From an uncultured Chloroflexia bacterium (GTDB lineage: Bacteria > Chloroflexota > Dehalococcoidia > GIF9 > UBA5629), in contig CAWAQY010000004.1 of assembly GCA_963784375.1 (NCBI GenBank), positions 56,825 to 120,824 on the forward strand: DNA of 64,000 nucleotides. Reading direction: 5' to 3'. The notes below the pieces were generated by a model. That model did no database searches. It was not told the DNA's origin and worked only from the letters and a program-made list of their open reading frames with translations. This document shows, piece after piece, positions 52,884-63,808 of this stretch; positions within the stretch are counted from its first letter, which is position 1; each line of letters starts with the position of its first letter. The translations under genes and the position numbers were made by a program.

Positions 52884-53338
52884 TCGATATGCTTATTAAA
52901 AAAGCCTTCCAGTAGTTTGGGAATCTCAATACTCATTGGAGTCACAGGGCCGTGTCGTGATGAACTTTTACTCTGGGGAACGGTTCCATGATTAGCATTT
53001 ATATGTCGCTGCTGTTGGCGTTGGTTCAGATTTGTTGACACCGATTCCTGACTATCAACTGTGGGCCGAGGCCGTCCGGACTGTTCATGCCATCCTGGTT
53101 GCTGGTACCATGTTTGTTGCTGCCCGTTATTCTGATGACCGTGCAAGAAAGGTAGCGAAGGAGGTATTTGCTGCGCTACCCAATTTAAGCTAATGCCACA
53201 ATTACCACAAAACCTGTCTCCATAGGACACCGGTGCCCTACAATTGGGACAATAATCCGTCTGCCACATGACTGCTACTCTTTCTTTTGAGAACTGCTTC
53301 ATCCATAACTGTTCTCTACTATAGAAACGATGTAGCAT
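52865..53338 (-). CDS. double zinc-ribbon protein with Gln-rich tail
   Basis: The pattern YCPNCRAPVSYGDRFCGNCG is present. The real start is probably the internal M (MWQTDY). Confidence 0.5.
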   Translation of the reverse strand: MLHRFYSREQLWMKQFSKERVAVMWQTDYCPNCRAPVSYGDRFCGNCGISLNWVAQQIPPSLPFLHGHQNNGQQQTWYQQPGWHEQSGRPRPTVDSQESVSTNLNQRQQQRHINANHGTVPQSKSSSRHGPVTPMSIEIPKLLEGFFNKHIECKKVK

Positions 53339-53600
53339 GATTAAAAGTTTACGCCCAAAATATTACAACCATGGTGCAAACCGCAGGGTACACTCCCAAT
53401 CTGTTACCCCTTTTTGACAAAAAGAGTGTAATACCTTATTCTTAATAATGCCATCGACTATTGGCGGTGAGCGTTGTGCAAATAGAATACTAAAGAGCGC
53501 TTGGATCAGTAATGACCGAGACGTGGAATAGAGCGGTTGATTTTAGGCCTTCTCGGCAATGCTGAGAAGGTTTTTTATTTTAAATGCAGACTTAAATCAC

Positions 53601-54497
53601 ATGAAAACGATAGGTTTTATCGGTGCCGGAATTACAGGGACATCTTTAGCTGTACGCCTTCACCAAAAAGGCTATCGGATCACTGCAGTATCCAGCCGGA
53701 CTCTCTCCTCCGCAGAAGAACTAGCTAAAAGGATACGAAATTGTCAGGTCTGCAATTCAGCTCAAGAAGTTGCCGATAAAGCTCAGTTTATTTTCATCAC
53801 TACACCGGATGATAGTATCAACGAAGTAGCTATCGGGGTTCGCTGGCACAAAGGGCAAAACGTAGTGCATTGCAGCGGAGTTCATTCTACAAGTATCATT
53901 GAATCGGTAACACAATGTGGAGCTAAACCAGGCTGCTTCCACCCTTTGCAGACTTTTGCCGGTATAGAAAAGGCTATTGAGAATCTACCCGGGTCTACGT
54001 TTGCCATCGAATCTGAAGAGCCACTTTTAACCATGCTTAAGGAAATGGCTACGGTAATAGGGGGAAACTGGGTAATTCTTAAAGCCAGTGATAAAATACT
54101 CTATCACACCGCAGCGGTCTTTGCCTGCAACTATCTGGTCACCCTTATTAAACTTGCTACTGATTTGTGGCAGGACTTTGGAGTATCGAGAGAACAGGCA
54201 ATCAAAGCGCTCATGCCTCTGCTTCGGGGTACTTTGAGCAACATTGAAAACATCGGTTTGCCTGGTTGCCTGACTGGTCCCATTGCCAGAGGAGACTTGG
54301 GCACCATTAGAAAACACCTTGAGGCATTAGAAGCAGATAAGCCTCATCTACTGAATAGTTATAGTCAACTGGGGTTACAAACTATACCCATTGCTCTTGA
54401 GAAAGGGAAAATTGATTTAGAAACAGCGCAGGAGCTGCAAGCACTATTAATGAAACAAATACAGGGAGTACTCGAATCGCCAGCGGTTGGTAAGTAA
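53601..54497 (+). CDS. Rossmann-fold NAD(P)-binding protein (F420/NADP-oxidoreductase N-domain + DUF2520-like C-domain)
   Basis: The dinucleotide-binding motif is present (IGFIGAGITGTSLAVRL). The track ORF starts earlier, at 53559, without an RBS. Confidence 0.6.
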   Translation: MKTIGFIGAGITGTSLAVRLHQKGYRITAVSSRTLSSAEELAKRIRNCQVCNSAQEVADKAQFIFITTPDDSINEVAIGVRWHKGQNVVHCSGVHSTSIIESVTQCGAKPGCFHPLQTFAGIEKAIENLPGSTFAIESEEPLLTMLKEMATVIGGNWVILKASDKILYHTAAVFACNYLVTLIKLATDLWQDFGVSREQAIKALMPLLRGTLSNIENIGLPGCLTGPIARGDLGTIRKHLEALEADKPHLLNSYSQLGLQTIPIALEKGKIDLETAQELQALLMKQIQGVLESPAVGK

Positions 54498-54581
54498 GAT
54501 AGGAATTCCTGATTCTATTCAATAAAAAGCGGGCAACCTTTAATGGTTGCCCACAAGCTCAATTCACGATACCCGGATTAT

Positions 54582-55584
54582 TTATAATCCTGAGGATTTC
54601 AATACACGTAATGCTCTCAATGTTACCCATTTATTGGGTTGCTTCTTAGCACCAAAATTAACCCATGTTTTACCGGTATAGTCATATTCTAACAACCAAC
54701 GCCCCAGGGCATCTTGCTTCTCATTGATTATCTTCATCGCTTTTGCCAACCGTGGATCATTGCCATAACCTAAACCGACTAGAGCTTCAACAATCTGCAA
54801 TAAGTCCGTCACATAGAAGACCGGAAAACCGAACTTCCACCAATTCCCACTGGGTTTATTGCTATAGCCGCAGGGATAATCCGCCTTTGCCGGGTCTGTG
54901 CTGAAAAGAAAATCCACTCCTGTGTGAATGGCATTGTCGATCAAGGGCGTCCTTTTTCCTTCGGCAATTTACTGAAAGCAAGCATCACTTTTACTGCCCC
55001 CCAGGCACAGGGCAGTTTATTATTTGAACCGCAGGCGAAGTTTGGTCCGCATTTCCCGGCATAGTAGCGCACCGGGGCCTCTTTATCTGTCATTGGCGCT
55101 ATACCTTCACCTGTGACGCTTCTTGCCATCCACTCAAATGTCTTATCTAAACGAGAGTCTTTACAACCCAAATCCAGAAGAGAGGCACAAAGATTACCTT
55201 GCAAACAGTCCACTGTCCCCGAAGGAAGTCCGTTCACTGTGAATTGCCCGTTTTCCGTCAGAGCATGATCCAGTACATAAGAGCAGGCAGAGGTTATTCG
55301 ATTGTCTATTTCAAGGGATGCACCAAGTTGGGCTAATAAGATAACCGACCACACCGTTCCAGTGTATTTGGGATAGTATCCTGCTCCCGGTTTTTCCCAG
55401 TACCCTTCTTCTTCATATTTGATAGAACTTGTGCAATCTGACCTTTTTCATGCGCTTGCTTCTTGGCCGTCGCCAATTCCTTTGTATCGGCATCAATCAG
55501 GTCACGTAAAGCAAGATATCTCACGCCTATATCGTCTGGTTCCAGCAACCAATCAACTGGTTTTTTCTCCATCGTCCTGTTCAT
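54582..55584 (-). CDS. hypothetical protein, possibly alpha/alpha-toroid prenyltransferase/squalene-oxidase-repeat-like; split into 3 ORFs
   Basis: It has a QW-like motif (EKQDALGRW). Three consecutive overlapping ORFs are present. The call is weak. Confidence 0.3.
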
Positions 55585-55827
55585 ATCAGCATATTATACT
55601 TTCAAACCTATCGACTTCAAGGTTGGATAGTTAATGTAATAAACATCACGATGGTCTGCCACAGAGGTCGGCGTGGTTGTTGCCAATGCCGTGACGCCAA
55701 CATTTATCGCGCAGCAAGGGTCTACGCCCGCTCATTCGGAGGATATAGTCTGGTTTGATGGCAATGGAGATGGAAACGGTTAGACTTTAACGGTAAGTTA
55801 ATCAGAAACTATTGTTTTTTTTAGCAA

Positions 55828-56428
55828 CTAAGTTCTGATGATTGAGGTACGAAAGACTTTCCAAAGACTTTCGTATTTCTTTTCAAGGTTAAAATCATAG
55901 TTGCTTAAAGCCCAGATATTTACCAGTCCTTGTATCATACCAAACAGAATAAGTGCGGCTGCTTCAATATCTATATCCTCTTTGACCTCTCCGGTCTTTA
56001 TCCCTTCAGATAATAGATGTTTCAAGCTGATTACATAGTTATTTATGACCTCAGAAACCTTTTTGTTTAGTTTTTTATCGCCAAAACTGATAATTTCGGC
56101 TATAACCTGAAAAGATATACCTTTCCTTTGCTGTATTGTTGACAGATGGTTCTTTAACACAGTGTCGAGAAACTCTAAGCGAAGTGAAGTTTGTATAAAT
56201 ATGGTCGTTGATATCTGTCAGAAGGTCATCTGCAATTTGGTCAGCCAATCCGGACAAGACCTCACCTTTACTTTTAAAATGTCGATAAATAGCTCCCTCA
56301 GATATACCAACTTCTTTGGCGATTTTGCCAACAGTCACATGTTCACTCCCATGTTTTACCACCAGTTTTCGGGCAGCATCAATTATCTGGTCTTGCCTTA
56401 TATTTGATTTAAGACGTTTTTTAACCAT
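55828..56428 (-). CDS. TetR/AcrR-family regulator; frameshifted
   Basis: The N-terminal HTH is present (IIDAARKLVVKHGSEHVTVGKIAKEVGISEGAIYRHF). The C-terminal piece lies in another frame. Confidence 0.65.
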
Positions 56429-56980
56429 TCAGAATACCTGCAAATTATTGTACCCCTTTATCCTATCACAAAAGACACCCGATAACACTAATTTTCACAA
56501 CTTTTTTTAGGGTAGCTATGCCTGGGGTATTGACAAAGTAATCATTGTCGTTTAATATGTAAGCGTTTACTTTCTAAATATATATTTCATTTTATTTAGT
56601 AGTATTTTAGCGCTAACATAGCGACATTTTAACAAAAGAATCAAGGGGATATACAGTGGGGATTTTTAAAAAGAAAATAATTAAAGAAATACCAGGAGGA
56701 GCCTGGGGGCATTTAATATATACACATAAAATGGATGTTGATATCCTCGCGAGATGATATACGCTGTGTCGAGCGCGAAGGACTCCTTGAAGGTAAATGG
56801 AAGGTGCGTTTTCTCCGAGTTTTCAGCTTATCAGAAACAAAGGAGAAGGGAATAACAATTGATGGATGGGAAACTTTTGACCAGCATCCCGAACTGATAC
56901 TCTTCGAAGGCTATTGGCAGGAATATTCAAATGAGGCAAATCTTCAACGGAAAAGAACAATTGAATAATTTATTTTTAGA

Positions 56981-57181
56981 TTGAAAGGAGAACAGGAAAT
57001 GTCACAACAGAATGCACCAGAACAAAAGAAACCTGAAATAAAGATTGGGGAAGAAATAAAAAAGAAAAAAGGGTTCTGGGGAAAATTTATGACATTTTTG
57101 ATGATGGGTGGTTTTATTGTAGTTCTTATAGTTATTGTTGCACTATTTATTGCTATTTCATTGGTATTTAAGTGCAAGTAA
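56981..57181 (+). CDS. small membrane protein
   Basis: An RBS (aaggag) precedes the start. A single TM segment is present. Confidence 0.4.
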   Translation: MKGEQEMSQQNAPEQKKPEIKIGEEIKKKKGFWGKFMTFLMMGGFIVVLIVIVALFIAISLVFKCK

Positions 57182-57621
57182 CGAGGTAAATTCTCACATA
57201 TGCTCTGGCTTAGTCCATTTGTCTCGTTGCGCCCTGTGCTGATTAATGTTTTTACCTTAAATCCGTCTCTTCTAGTATGCTCTTTACCGCGAGGGTAAAT
57301 ATGCGGGCTTTTGAACCTATTTTATTTTAGAACCCGCCCGAGTTTCAGTTTATGTAGGCGATCAAGGATAAATGCTGGTCTCGCTCCCATCTTTTTTTTG
57401 TACAATTCGTGCAGTTTTTAACATTTAATTAATATTTTAATCCTACAATAAAAATATATCTCTATTCAGCAGAAAATACTCGGAACCTATAGTCTGATTA
57501 TTGACCTGATCAGCAAGGTATCCAGTTTTTTTATTTATAGACTAAATCTTAAAGGAGTAGACAAGTGGCACGGAGACAGAAATACACGAAGACACTAAAA
57601 ATAAAAAGGAAGTAGAACGCG

Positions 57622-58414
57622 GTGGCAAAAAGTTCTGGTTCTGAGGAGGGAACTAAGGCGCTTGCCATAAGGAAAACTGAAAGAAAAATGGAGCTGGCTA
57701 ACAAGCAGGAAACAATGACGCCTGTCAGAAAAAAGACCAGCCGTGCCATTAAAGCAAATTCAGTTGCTCTCAAGGTGTCCAGGACAAAATCGACCAAAGT
57801 AGCAAACGAAATTGGAGAATCGACGACAGAACTATCAAACGATAGATTAGCAGCCGCCGGCAATGGTGGGGTATTGGACGGCAATTCCGATAAAAAACGC
57901 AGCTCTTTTATTCCCAGGATACACTTTTCCGTACATTTTGATAGTATTATTATTAATTTTTTGTGCTGTGCCGATGATAGAAATTAGCTACCAGGTACCG
58001 GTTCCCTACCAGGCCGTTGAAACTTATACCGAACAAGAACCATATGTTGACTCTGTTTCTTATTCTGAAAAACAACCTTATACAACTACTCAAGCCTATG
58101 TTGTGAGCCAGCCCTACACGGTGACGGTGCCTTATGTGGTATATCCACAGCCGGTACCACCTCCTCCGACTACGAATAACGTCACTCCCCCGCATCCGCC
58201 TCTCCCTCCACAGCCACAGGTCTACTATCGTGAAGTTACAAAGTACATGGATGTAACGCAGTATAAGGACATAACCCAATATCAAGACATACAGAAAACA
58301 AGAAACGAAACGAAGGTCAGGCCTGTCCAGAAGCAAAGAACGGTAACCAGGATCAGGATGGAAACCCGGCACAAAGTCGTTCCGATTCTTTACTACCTGA
58401 TATCGTATGAATAA
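57622..58414 (+). CDS. Pro/Tyr/Gln-rich repetitive membrane protein; frameshifted, start uncertain
   Basis: It contains a TM segment and degenerate repeats of the (Q/E)PY(T/V)... type, a PPPPTTNNVTPPHPPLPPQPQ tract, and YKDITQYQDIQ repeats. Confidence 0.4.
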
Positions 58415-58531
58415 TAGGGTTGCACTTCCTCTCCCGCAAGGGGCGAGGAGATATGAGTATTTTTATGCAACTTGGTATTGATTAAGCTAAAGTTAAAACT
58501 GCCTCCTGATGTAAGAGTAGTCACTATTGCA

Positions 58532-59065
58532 CTAAGATAGCAGGTGGGTTATCAAAATCCTCAGACCGATAGCGATAAGTACTATTCCGCCTACCAGTTC
58601 TGCTCTTTCCCCAACTAATTTACCGGCTCTCCTGCCGATGAGGAATCCGATTGCTGTGATGATTAAGGCAACTATCCCGATTGTTACCGCTGGCAAGGGC
58701 AATATTTATATCCAGAAACGCAAAGGATAATCCTACAGCGAGAGCATCAATGCTGGTAGCCAGAGATAATGTAATCAGAACCAAGCCTTTGGTTACATCC
58801 GTCTTTTTGTTATCATCATCATCTCATGAAACGACTCCCAGATCATTTTACCGCCGATACCGGCCAGCAGGAGGAAAGCCAGCCAGTGGTCAAAACCTGA
58901 AATAAAATCAACAATGGTGCGGCCTGCCAACCAACCCAGGATTGTCATCACAGTCTGGAAAATTCCGAAGGATAGCGATACACGCAGCACCTGTATGCGG
59001 GAGATGGTTTTCATGGCGATACTGCTGCTGATGGCTACCGCAAAACAGTCTGCAGAATAAACCAA
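58532..59065 (-). CDS. mntP: manganese efflux pump MntP; frameshifted
   Basis: The N-terminal 90 aa align with MntP (ADCFAVAIS...LGWLAG...DHWLAFLLLAGIGGKMIWE). The C-terminal part (…LATSIDALAVGLSF…) lies in two other frames. Confidence 0.7.
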
Positions 59066-59100
59066 GCGCTATAAGTCAGAATGGATAGTACTATCCATTT

Positions 59101-59646
59101 ATTCGCCTTTTATCTTTAAAGGTATTCCCGCTGCCAGGAAATAGACTTCGCTGGCATGACGTGCCAGAGCCTGGTTAGCCTTTCCCAGAAGGTCACGATA
59201 AATACGGCCGATCATATTATCAGGTACCAATCCCAGCCCCACTTCGTTAGAAACGATGATGCAATGTGCCGGCATGGCGGTTATAGCAGTGATCAGTTCA
59301 TTTATTTCGGCAGCAACCCGTATTTCGGCTTCACCGCACTGATTTCATTTTCCAGCAAATTTGAGATAAGCAGGGTAATGCAATCGATGATCACGACCTG
59401 GGCGTCGTTAGTTTTTGCGGCTTTCAGGGCTCTGCCCACCTGGCGAGGTGCTTCCAGCGTCCGCCATGATTCAGGACGGTTCTTTTTATGTTCTTCTATT
59501 CTGGTCTTCATTTCTTCGTCCAGGGGTTCTCCGGTGGCGACGAAAACGACTTTCTTTCCCAGCTGGCCGGCGAGTTTCTGGGCAAAGGTACTTTTGCCGC
59601 TGCGGGCACCACCCAGTAATAGTATGATTTTTCTCTTGTCCGGCAT
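59101..59646 (-). CDS. cobU: adenosylcobinamide kinase/adenosylcobinamide-phosphate guanylyltransferase CobU/CobP; C-terminal frameshift
   Basis: A P-loop is present (LLLGGARSGKS). The C-terminus continues in another frame. Confidence 0.8.
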
Positions 59647-59648
59647 TT

Positions 59649-60388
59649 TTATAATCTCCAGAACAATAACAGAATTATGAGTACCAGCACCTCCGATATC
59701 TCATTGAGCGCTCCATAGACATCGCCGGTAAGCCCCCCCAGTCGAGAGTTAAAATAGCTGGCAATGCCAAGAGTAATCAGCCACAGCGCTGCCATAAGCG
59801 CTAAACCCCACCAACCAAGCAAAGCTACTGAAACAACTAGTGCGACAACTGTGGCTACGGTCATTCTCTTCCACGTTGCCCCCTGCTTGAATGCCAGCCC
59901 CATTCCTGAACTCTTGGCATAAGGGAATGTCGTAAGGGCTGTGACGATTATCCAGCGACTCAGCGTGGGCATCAATAACAGTGCCGGCCCCAGTAACCAT
60001 ACTGGTAAGTGACGATAATGAAACATATTTTAAAAGAAGAAGCAGTATGGCGGCGATAATGCCAAAGGCACCTACGCGGCTATCTGCCATGATTTCCAAT
60101 CTTCTTTCCCGTGTTTTGCCGCTGACGGTACCGTCGAAGGTATCCATTAACCCGTCAAGGTGATGAGCACCGGTCATGACAGCCAGGGCAATTATGAGCA
60201 GGACGCTGGTCACAGGCCGGGGCAAAATGAAAGATAAACCATAGTTGAGGACAAGCAGCAGTCACTCCCAGCACAAGCCCTACCAGCGGGAAATAAGATA
60301 ATGAGCGGCCGAAGTCCTCTTTGCCTTTCCCCCAGCGCTGAGGCAGCGGGAATATGGTGAGAAATTTGAAAGCAGTGAGAAATCCCAT
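59649..60388 (-). CDS. cobS: adenosylcobinamide-GDP ribazoletransferase (cobalamin synthase) CobS; frameshifted into 3 pieces
   Basis: The sequences FLTAFKFLTIFPL... and GAHHLDGLMDTFDG... match CobS. It is a membrane protein. Confidence 0.8.
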
Positions 60389-60393
60389 CTGTA

Positions 60394-61468
60394 TTAAGCT
60401 CCCTGTTTCTTCAATGATTCTGCTTCGGATACCCCCGCATCAGCAAAGGTTGCCATCTGGGTCAGTATTTTCACCGAAGCTTCGGCAAGGGAAATACCAA
60501 GTGCGGCACCGGTGCCTTCTCCCAGGCGCATATTCAGTTTAAGCAGCGGTTTTAATCCAAGGTATTCCAGGAGGAGTTCATGCCCTGGCTTCTGCAGAAA
60601 GGTGAGCTGCAATGAGATATTCTTTCATCCTGGGACATAATCTGGTGGCAATAAGCGCAGCGGCGCCGGAGATAAAACCGTCGACGACCACAGGAATTCT
60701 GTGCGCGGCCCCTGCTACTATGACACCGGCCAGGCCGCCAATTTCAAAGCCGCCGACTTTGGCCAGCACGTCAAGGGCATCGGTGGGGTCCGGTTTGTTC
60801 ACTGCCAGCGCTTTTTCAATTACACTCACTTTGTGAGCTAGCTGTTTGTCATCGATGCCGGTGCCCCGTCCGGTTATCTTGGCTGCGGGATAACCGCTGA
60901 AGGCGGCAAAAATAGCGCTGCTGGCAGTAGTATTGCCAATGCCCATATCACCGGTACCCAGGATATCCAGCCCCTTGCTAACCTCAGCCTCGACCAGCTC
61001 TATACCTGTTTCTATCGAATCAATTGCCTGCTGTCTTGTCATTGCGGGCCCCTGTGCCATGTTTTTAGTGCCGAAGTCGATCATTTTGCAAATAAGCCCG
61101 GGCGTTGGCGGGAAGCCCCCAACCACCCCCATGTCAACCACGATGACACGTGCGCCGATATGCCGGGTAAGAACATTGATACCAGCACCACCGTTTAGGA
61201 AATTGAGCACCATCTGCCGTGTTACTTCCTGCGGGTAAAGCGTTACTCCTTCGGCAACCACGCCGTGGTCAGCCGCCATGGTGATAATAGCCTTTTGTTC
61301 CAGTGTGGGTGAAGGATCAGCTTTGATGCCGGCAATTTGAACGGATAATTCTTCCAGCCTGCCCAGGCTGCCATGAGGCTTGGTCAGGTTGTCCTGACGC
61401 CGGCGGGCAGCTTCCATTGATTTGTTATCAAGAGGTTGTATTGAATCGAGTGCCTGTTGTAATTTCAT
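60394..61468 (-). CDS. cobT: nicotinate-nucleotide--dimethylbenzimidazole phosphoribosyltransferase CobT; C-terminal frameshift
   Basis: A 296-aa piece aligns with CobT (HGVVAEGV...GDMGIGNTT). The last 72 aa lie in another frame. Confidence 0.8.
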
Positions 61469-61562
61469 TTACATGCTTTTTCTCCCCAATGTTATTTCAT
61501 AAATCTTTTGCATATCGAGGTTTTTTCTGACTACGTCAGCCAGTTTATCATACTGCTCTTCT

Positions 61563-62987
61563 TTATTCAGGGCAGTGGTCGAGGCTTGCAGGCAGCCCCC
61601 GAATCTGTCTCAACCGGCTCAGGAATGCCCTGGTAAAATCGGCATTGTGGAACACTCCGTGAATATATGTCCCCAGGAGCAGGCCGCTGGAGCTGATAGC
61701 ACCGTCACAATATTCTTCCTCTCCGGCAGGTGTTTCCACAATTTTAAAAGCCGGAGGATGGCTCTGATTGCTGGTCTGTCCCATATGTATTTCGTATCCG
61801 GTGACCTCCAGTCCATTCATACCCTGAAGCAAGCCGGAATCGGCAACCACCTGCGCTTTTACCTGGGTGGTGGTTTTTACACTGGCGAATATAGTTTCAT
61901 TATCCAGCAATCCCAGACCTTCCGCATATGCGTCCTTGCTCTCAGTATTCTGTGGGTCAGCTATACTTTTGCCCATCATCTGAAAGCCGCCGCATACACC
62001 TACTACCGGAGTCCCCGATTTAGCCTTATCAATGACAGCTTGGGCCAAGCCGCATTTGTGAAGGTAGTTTAAGTCAGCGATGGTGGTTTTAGTGCCGGGC
62101 AAAATGATCAGATCAGGATTATTGAGTTGCGAAGAGTGGTTTACATAATGAACTGCACAGCCCTGTTCTTTGAGCGGGTCGAAGTCATCAAAGTTAGCAA
62201 TATGCGGCAAATAAATGACTGCTACCTGAAGCATCCCTTTGCCGGAAGAATCGTCCCTGTCGTCGAAATACACGGAATCTTCTTGGGCTATAGTAATGCC
62301 TCGATAAAAGGGGATAACTCCCAGCACCGGTTTGTGAGCGAGCTTCTCCAGCATTTTCAGCCCTGGATTCAGCAGCTCTATGTCACCGCGGAACTTGTTA
62401 ATAATAAGTCCTTTCACCGTGGCACGCTCCTGTCTGGTCAGCAGCTTTAATGTGCCCACCATCGAGGCAAACACTCCGCCGCGGTCGATATCACCCACCA
62501 GCAACACGGGGGCTTTTGCCATGAGGGCCACCCTCATGTTCACTATTTCCCTGTCTCTGAAGTTTATCTCGGCAGGACTACCTGCTCCCTCGATCACCAC
62601 GATCTCATAATGTGAGCGCAGTTTATTCAGGGAATCCCTGATTATTTCCAGAAGATGCGGCGTATAGCGGTAGTAGTCGCTGGCACTCAGGTTTTGGGCT
62701 ACCTTGCCCAGGACAATTACCTGTGATCTGGCATCTTCTTCCGGTTTGAGTAGAATGGGGTTCATGTGGATTGACGGCTCTACGCGAGCTGCTTCAGCCT
62801 GAGCCGCCTGGGCACGGCCGATTTCGCCGCCTTCATTAGTAACGAATGAATTGAGCGCCATATTCTGGGCTTTAAAAGGAGCAACGGAGTAGCCGTCCTG
62901 CCGGAAAATGCGGCACAGGGCGGCAACCATAATGCTTTTGCCTACCGATGAGGCAGTCCCCTGAATCATGATTACTTTGGCTGGCAT
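61563..62987 (-). CDS. cobQ: cobyric acid synthase CobQ/CbiP
   Basis: The N-terminal ATPase is present (IMIQGTASSVGKS). A C-terminal glutamine amidotransferase domain is present (GVCGGFQMMG). Confidence 0.85.
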   Translation of the reverse strand: MPAKVIMIQGTASSVGKSIMVAALCRIFRQDGYSVAPFKAQNMALNSFVTNEGGEIGRAQAAQAEAARVEPSIHMNPILLKPEEDARSQVIVLGKVAQNLSASDYYRYTPHLLEIIRDSLNKLRSHYEIVVIEGAGSPAEINFRDREIVNMRVALMAKAPVLLVGDIDRGGVFASMVGTLKLLTRQERATVKGLIINKFRGDIELLNPGLKMLEKLAHKPVLGVIPFYRGITIAQEDSVYFDDRDDSSGKGMLQVAVIYLPHIANFDDFDPLKEQGCAVHYVNHSSQLNNPDLIILPGTKTTIADLNYLHKCGLAQAVIDKAKSGTPVVGVCGGFQMMGKSIADPQNTESKDAYAEGLGLLDNETIFASVKTTTQVKAQVVADSGLLQGMNGLEVTGYEIHMGQTSNQSHPPAFKIVETPAGEEEYCDGAISSSGLLLGTYIHGVFHNADFTRAFLSRLRQIRGLPASLDHCPE

Positions 62988-63004
62988 ACTATTGGAATAA
63001 ATCC

Positions 63005-63802
63005 TTAATTATCTCTATTAATATTAGTTCGAACTACAAGAGTAGCCGGTAGCTTATTAACCGGATGGGGACAAACGCAGACATCGACCCCGTAGACATC
63101 TTTAATGGTCTTGGCGTTCACTACGGCCTCAGGTGTTCCCTGGCTATAGATCATCCCGTTGTGAAGTATTACCAGGCGGTTACAATATTGAACTGCCAGG
63201 TTTAAATCGTGCAGTGCAATTAACACAATCAGGTCTTGCTCGCGGCAAAGCCGGAGAACCAGTTCTAATGTTTCAACCTGGTAGTTAATATCGAGATGTG
63301 CAGTGGGTTCATCGAGGAGGAGTATTCTCGGTTCCTGCGCCAGGGCTCTTGCGATAACAAGCCGCTGTTTTTCTCCGCCGGAAATCTCTGCAATCCTTCT
63401 TTCTGCCAGATGTTCGGTGTGAGTTGCCTCCATGGCTTTTTGAACAATAGCCAGATCTTTGTTGCTTTCATATCGCAGCAGCCCAAGATGAGGTGTTCGT
63501 CCCATCAATACTAGCTCCAGTGCAGTAAACAGATCAGGGAGTACCGGATTCTGGGGAACTATCGCTACCAGCCGGGCCAGGTCATTGTGTTTAAGCTGCT
63601 CGATTGTGTGTCCATCGATATAGATATGCCCTGTCTGGGGCTTCAACATGCGAATAATACTTCGGAGCAGGGTGGATTTCCCTGAGCCGTTTGGGCCGAT
63701 TATGCCTACGAGTTCACCGGGAATTGCTTCCAGGTTTATATTCCTGAGAATAGTTTGCTTGCCATATCCCAGGCTGACCTGGTCTAATCGTAAAGCTAAC
63801 AT
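63005..63802 (-). CDS. ABC transporter ATP-binding protein (FepC/BtuD-like, iron-siderophore/cobalamin importer family)
   Basis: Walker A is present (GPNGSGKST), followed by the ABC signature (SGGEKQR) and Walker B (LLLDEP). Confidence 0.85.
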   Translation of the reverse strand: MLALRLDQVSLGYGKQTILRNINLEAIPGELVGIIGPNGSGKSTLLRSIIRMLKPQTGHIYIDGHTIEQLKHNDLARLVAIVPQNPVLPDLFTALELVLMGRTPHLGLLRYESNKDLAIVQKAMEATHTEHLAERRIAEISGGEKQRLVIARALAQEPRILLLDEPTAHLDINYQVETLELVLRLCREQDLIVLIALHDLNLAVQYCNRLVILHNGMIYSQGTPEAVVNAKTIKDVYGVDVCVCPHPVNKLPATLVVRTNINRDN

Positions 63803-63808
63803 TTAAAA

